Under the pieces are notes generated by a model. The model was not told the origin of the DNA, made no database searches, and saw nothing but the letters and a program-made list of their open reading frames with translations. A program made the translations under genes and the position numbers. DNA of 64,000 nt from Clostridia bacterium (GTDB lineage: Bacteria > Bacillota > Clostridia > UMGS1840): contig JAZQGY010000029.1 in the NCBI GenBank assembly GCA_045540295.1, positions 114,983-178,982 of the forward strand. Reading direction: 5' to 3'. Below are positions 62,923-64,000 of this stretch, one piece after another (position 1 is the stretch's first letter; each line of letters begins with the position of its first letter).

Positions 62923-64000
62923 ATGGAACTCTTTGGCGGTGTCATTCCCATTACCGGAATTTCATTTTTGATGTTTTGTGTGTTTGCAATTTTGTTTGGC
63001 GGATATGCTCTCGGCAGAATTACCATTAAAGGCGTTTCTTTGGGAGATGCCGGCGTATTTATTATTGCATTAGTGTTCGGTGCTTTGTTTTATGGGCCGT
63101 TAGAAGCTCAGTTAAAATTGGGAGAAGCCAATTATGCAGAACAGGCACTTACCATTATTGAAAATCTTGGCTTGATTTTATTTGTTACCTCGGTTGGTTT
63201 TATTGCAGGGCCTAAATTCTTCGGAAATATGAAGAAAAACTTTAAATCTTACGTGTTATTAGGGCTTGTGATTATTTTAGCAGGTGGTTTGGCAGCAGCA
63301 GGTTGTATTTACATGGGTGAAGTTTTTGGCTATGGAAGTACAATTGCTGAACAAGATGGCTTTGTTGCTATGATTGTTGGTCTTCTGTCCGGTTCCTTAA
63401 CCTCCACACCTGCTTTTTCTGCAGCAAAAGCAACTGTGGCACAGGAATATACTGGTTTGGTGTCCGTTGGCCACGGGATTGCCTACATTTTTGGAGTTAT
63501 CGGTGTGGTACTGTTTGTACAGTTAATTCCCAAACTGACTAAAGCCAACATGGATGAAGAACGTGCAAAATTAGTACAGTCAACCGGTGAAGACAACAAT
63601 AAAAAATCTCAGAAAAAATTATTTTATTTGGACGGACACGGCTTTGCGGTGTTTGCATTAGCTGCTGTAGTCGGAACATTCTTAGGAAAAATTAAAATTC
63701 CCTTGACTGCTGCAGGTCTTGACGGTACCTGCTTCTCTCTGACCACTACCGGTGGCTGCTTGTTAGCTTCCTTGGTATTCGGTCACTTTGGCAGAATTGG
63801 CAGAGTAAGCATTATGCCCGACCAGCATACTTTAAAACTGTTCCGTGAACTTGGTTTGGTACTGTTCTTGGTTGGAGCAGGTATTCCCGGCGGTGCAGAG
63901 TTTGTTGCAACTTTTGATATTATGTACTTTGTATACGGTATCATTATGACGATTGTTCCCATGATTATCGGTTTCCTGTTTGCAAAATACGTATTAAAAC
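62923..64000 (+). CDS. AspT/YidE/YbjL-family transporter (3' end outside the window)
   Basis: ATG 62923 after GGAAAGGAAG. The frame is open to the window end. Two homologous membrane halves with GLILFVTSVGFIAGPKFF and GLVLFLVGAGIPGG motifs, joined by a short linker with no RCK_C domains. This ORF is not in the supplied track because it is truncated. Confidence 0.72.
   Translation, partial: MELFGGVIPITGISFLMFCVFAILFGGYALGRITIKGVSLGDAGVFIIALVFGALFYGPLEAQLKLGEANYAEQALTIIENLGLILFVTSVGFIAGPKFFGNMKKNFKSYVLLGLVIILAGGLAAAGCIYMGEVFGYGSTIAEQDGFVAMIVGLLSGSLTSTPAFSAAKATVAQEYTGLVSVGHGIAYIFGVIGVVLFVQLIPKLTKANMDEERAKLVQSTGEDNNKKSQKKLFYLDGHGFAVFALAAVVGTFLGKIKIPLTAAGLDGTCFSLTTTGGCLLASLVFGHFGRIGRVSIMPDQHTLKLFRELGLVLFLVGAGIPGGAEFVATFDIMYFVYGIIMTIVPMIIGFLFAKYVLK

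Overview
This is a chromosomal window from a low-GC, endospore-forming Firmicute, probably Clostridia-like (spo0A, spoIIR, SLH-domain wall proteins). About 55 protein genes are packed into mostly co-directional housekeeping operons. They include gdhA, spo0A, secA-prfB-prfA, mltG, rpiB, galE, an amino-acid ABC transporter, trmK, ftsEX with an M23 peptidase and a Ctp protease, ispE, spoIIR, ppdK, smc-ftsY, a UPF0182 protein, proBA, obg, an IMPDH-family gene, gap and an SNF transporter. I recognised no rRNA, tRNA, CRISPR array, transposase or integrase. Eight things deserve a second look. (1) A tightly overlapping nine-gene operon (54089-62844) joins an HdrBCA-MvhD/Flx-like electron-bifurcation module to an anchorless, atypical FrdB/FrdA-like pair, followed by an AspT/YidE-family transporter. 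(2) An orphan CARF + PD-(D/E)xK (DUF1887/Card1/Can2-like) gene sits between spo0A and secA. (3) The prfB +1 frameshift site uses TAA rather than the canonical TGA, prfA lies 1 nt downstream of prfB, and the GGQ regions of the two genes are unusually similar at the nucleotide level. (4) A THF-riboswitch-like leader carries a roughly 60-nt insertion made of five 10-nt tandem units. (5) That leader sits upstream of a FolT-FolC fusion gene. (6) The SMC protein is about 170 aa shorter than usual, with both arms shortened symmetrically. (7) An AT-rich islet (about 30.9-33.2 kb) holds an ACT-ACT-MBL gene and a frameshift-split gene. (8) The same islet contains an iteron-like array of CTCGATATG repeats. 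All functional calls come from reading motifs by eye in the supplied translations; no database search was run.
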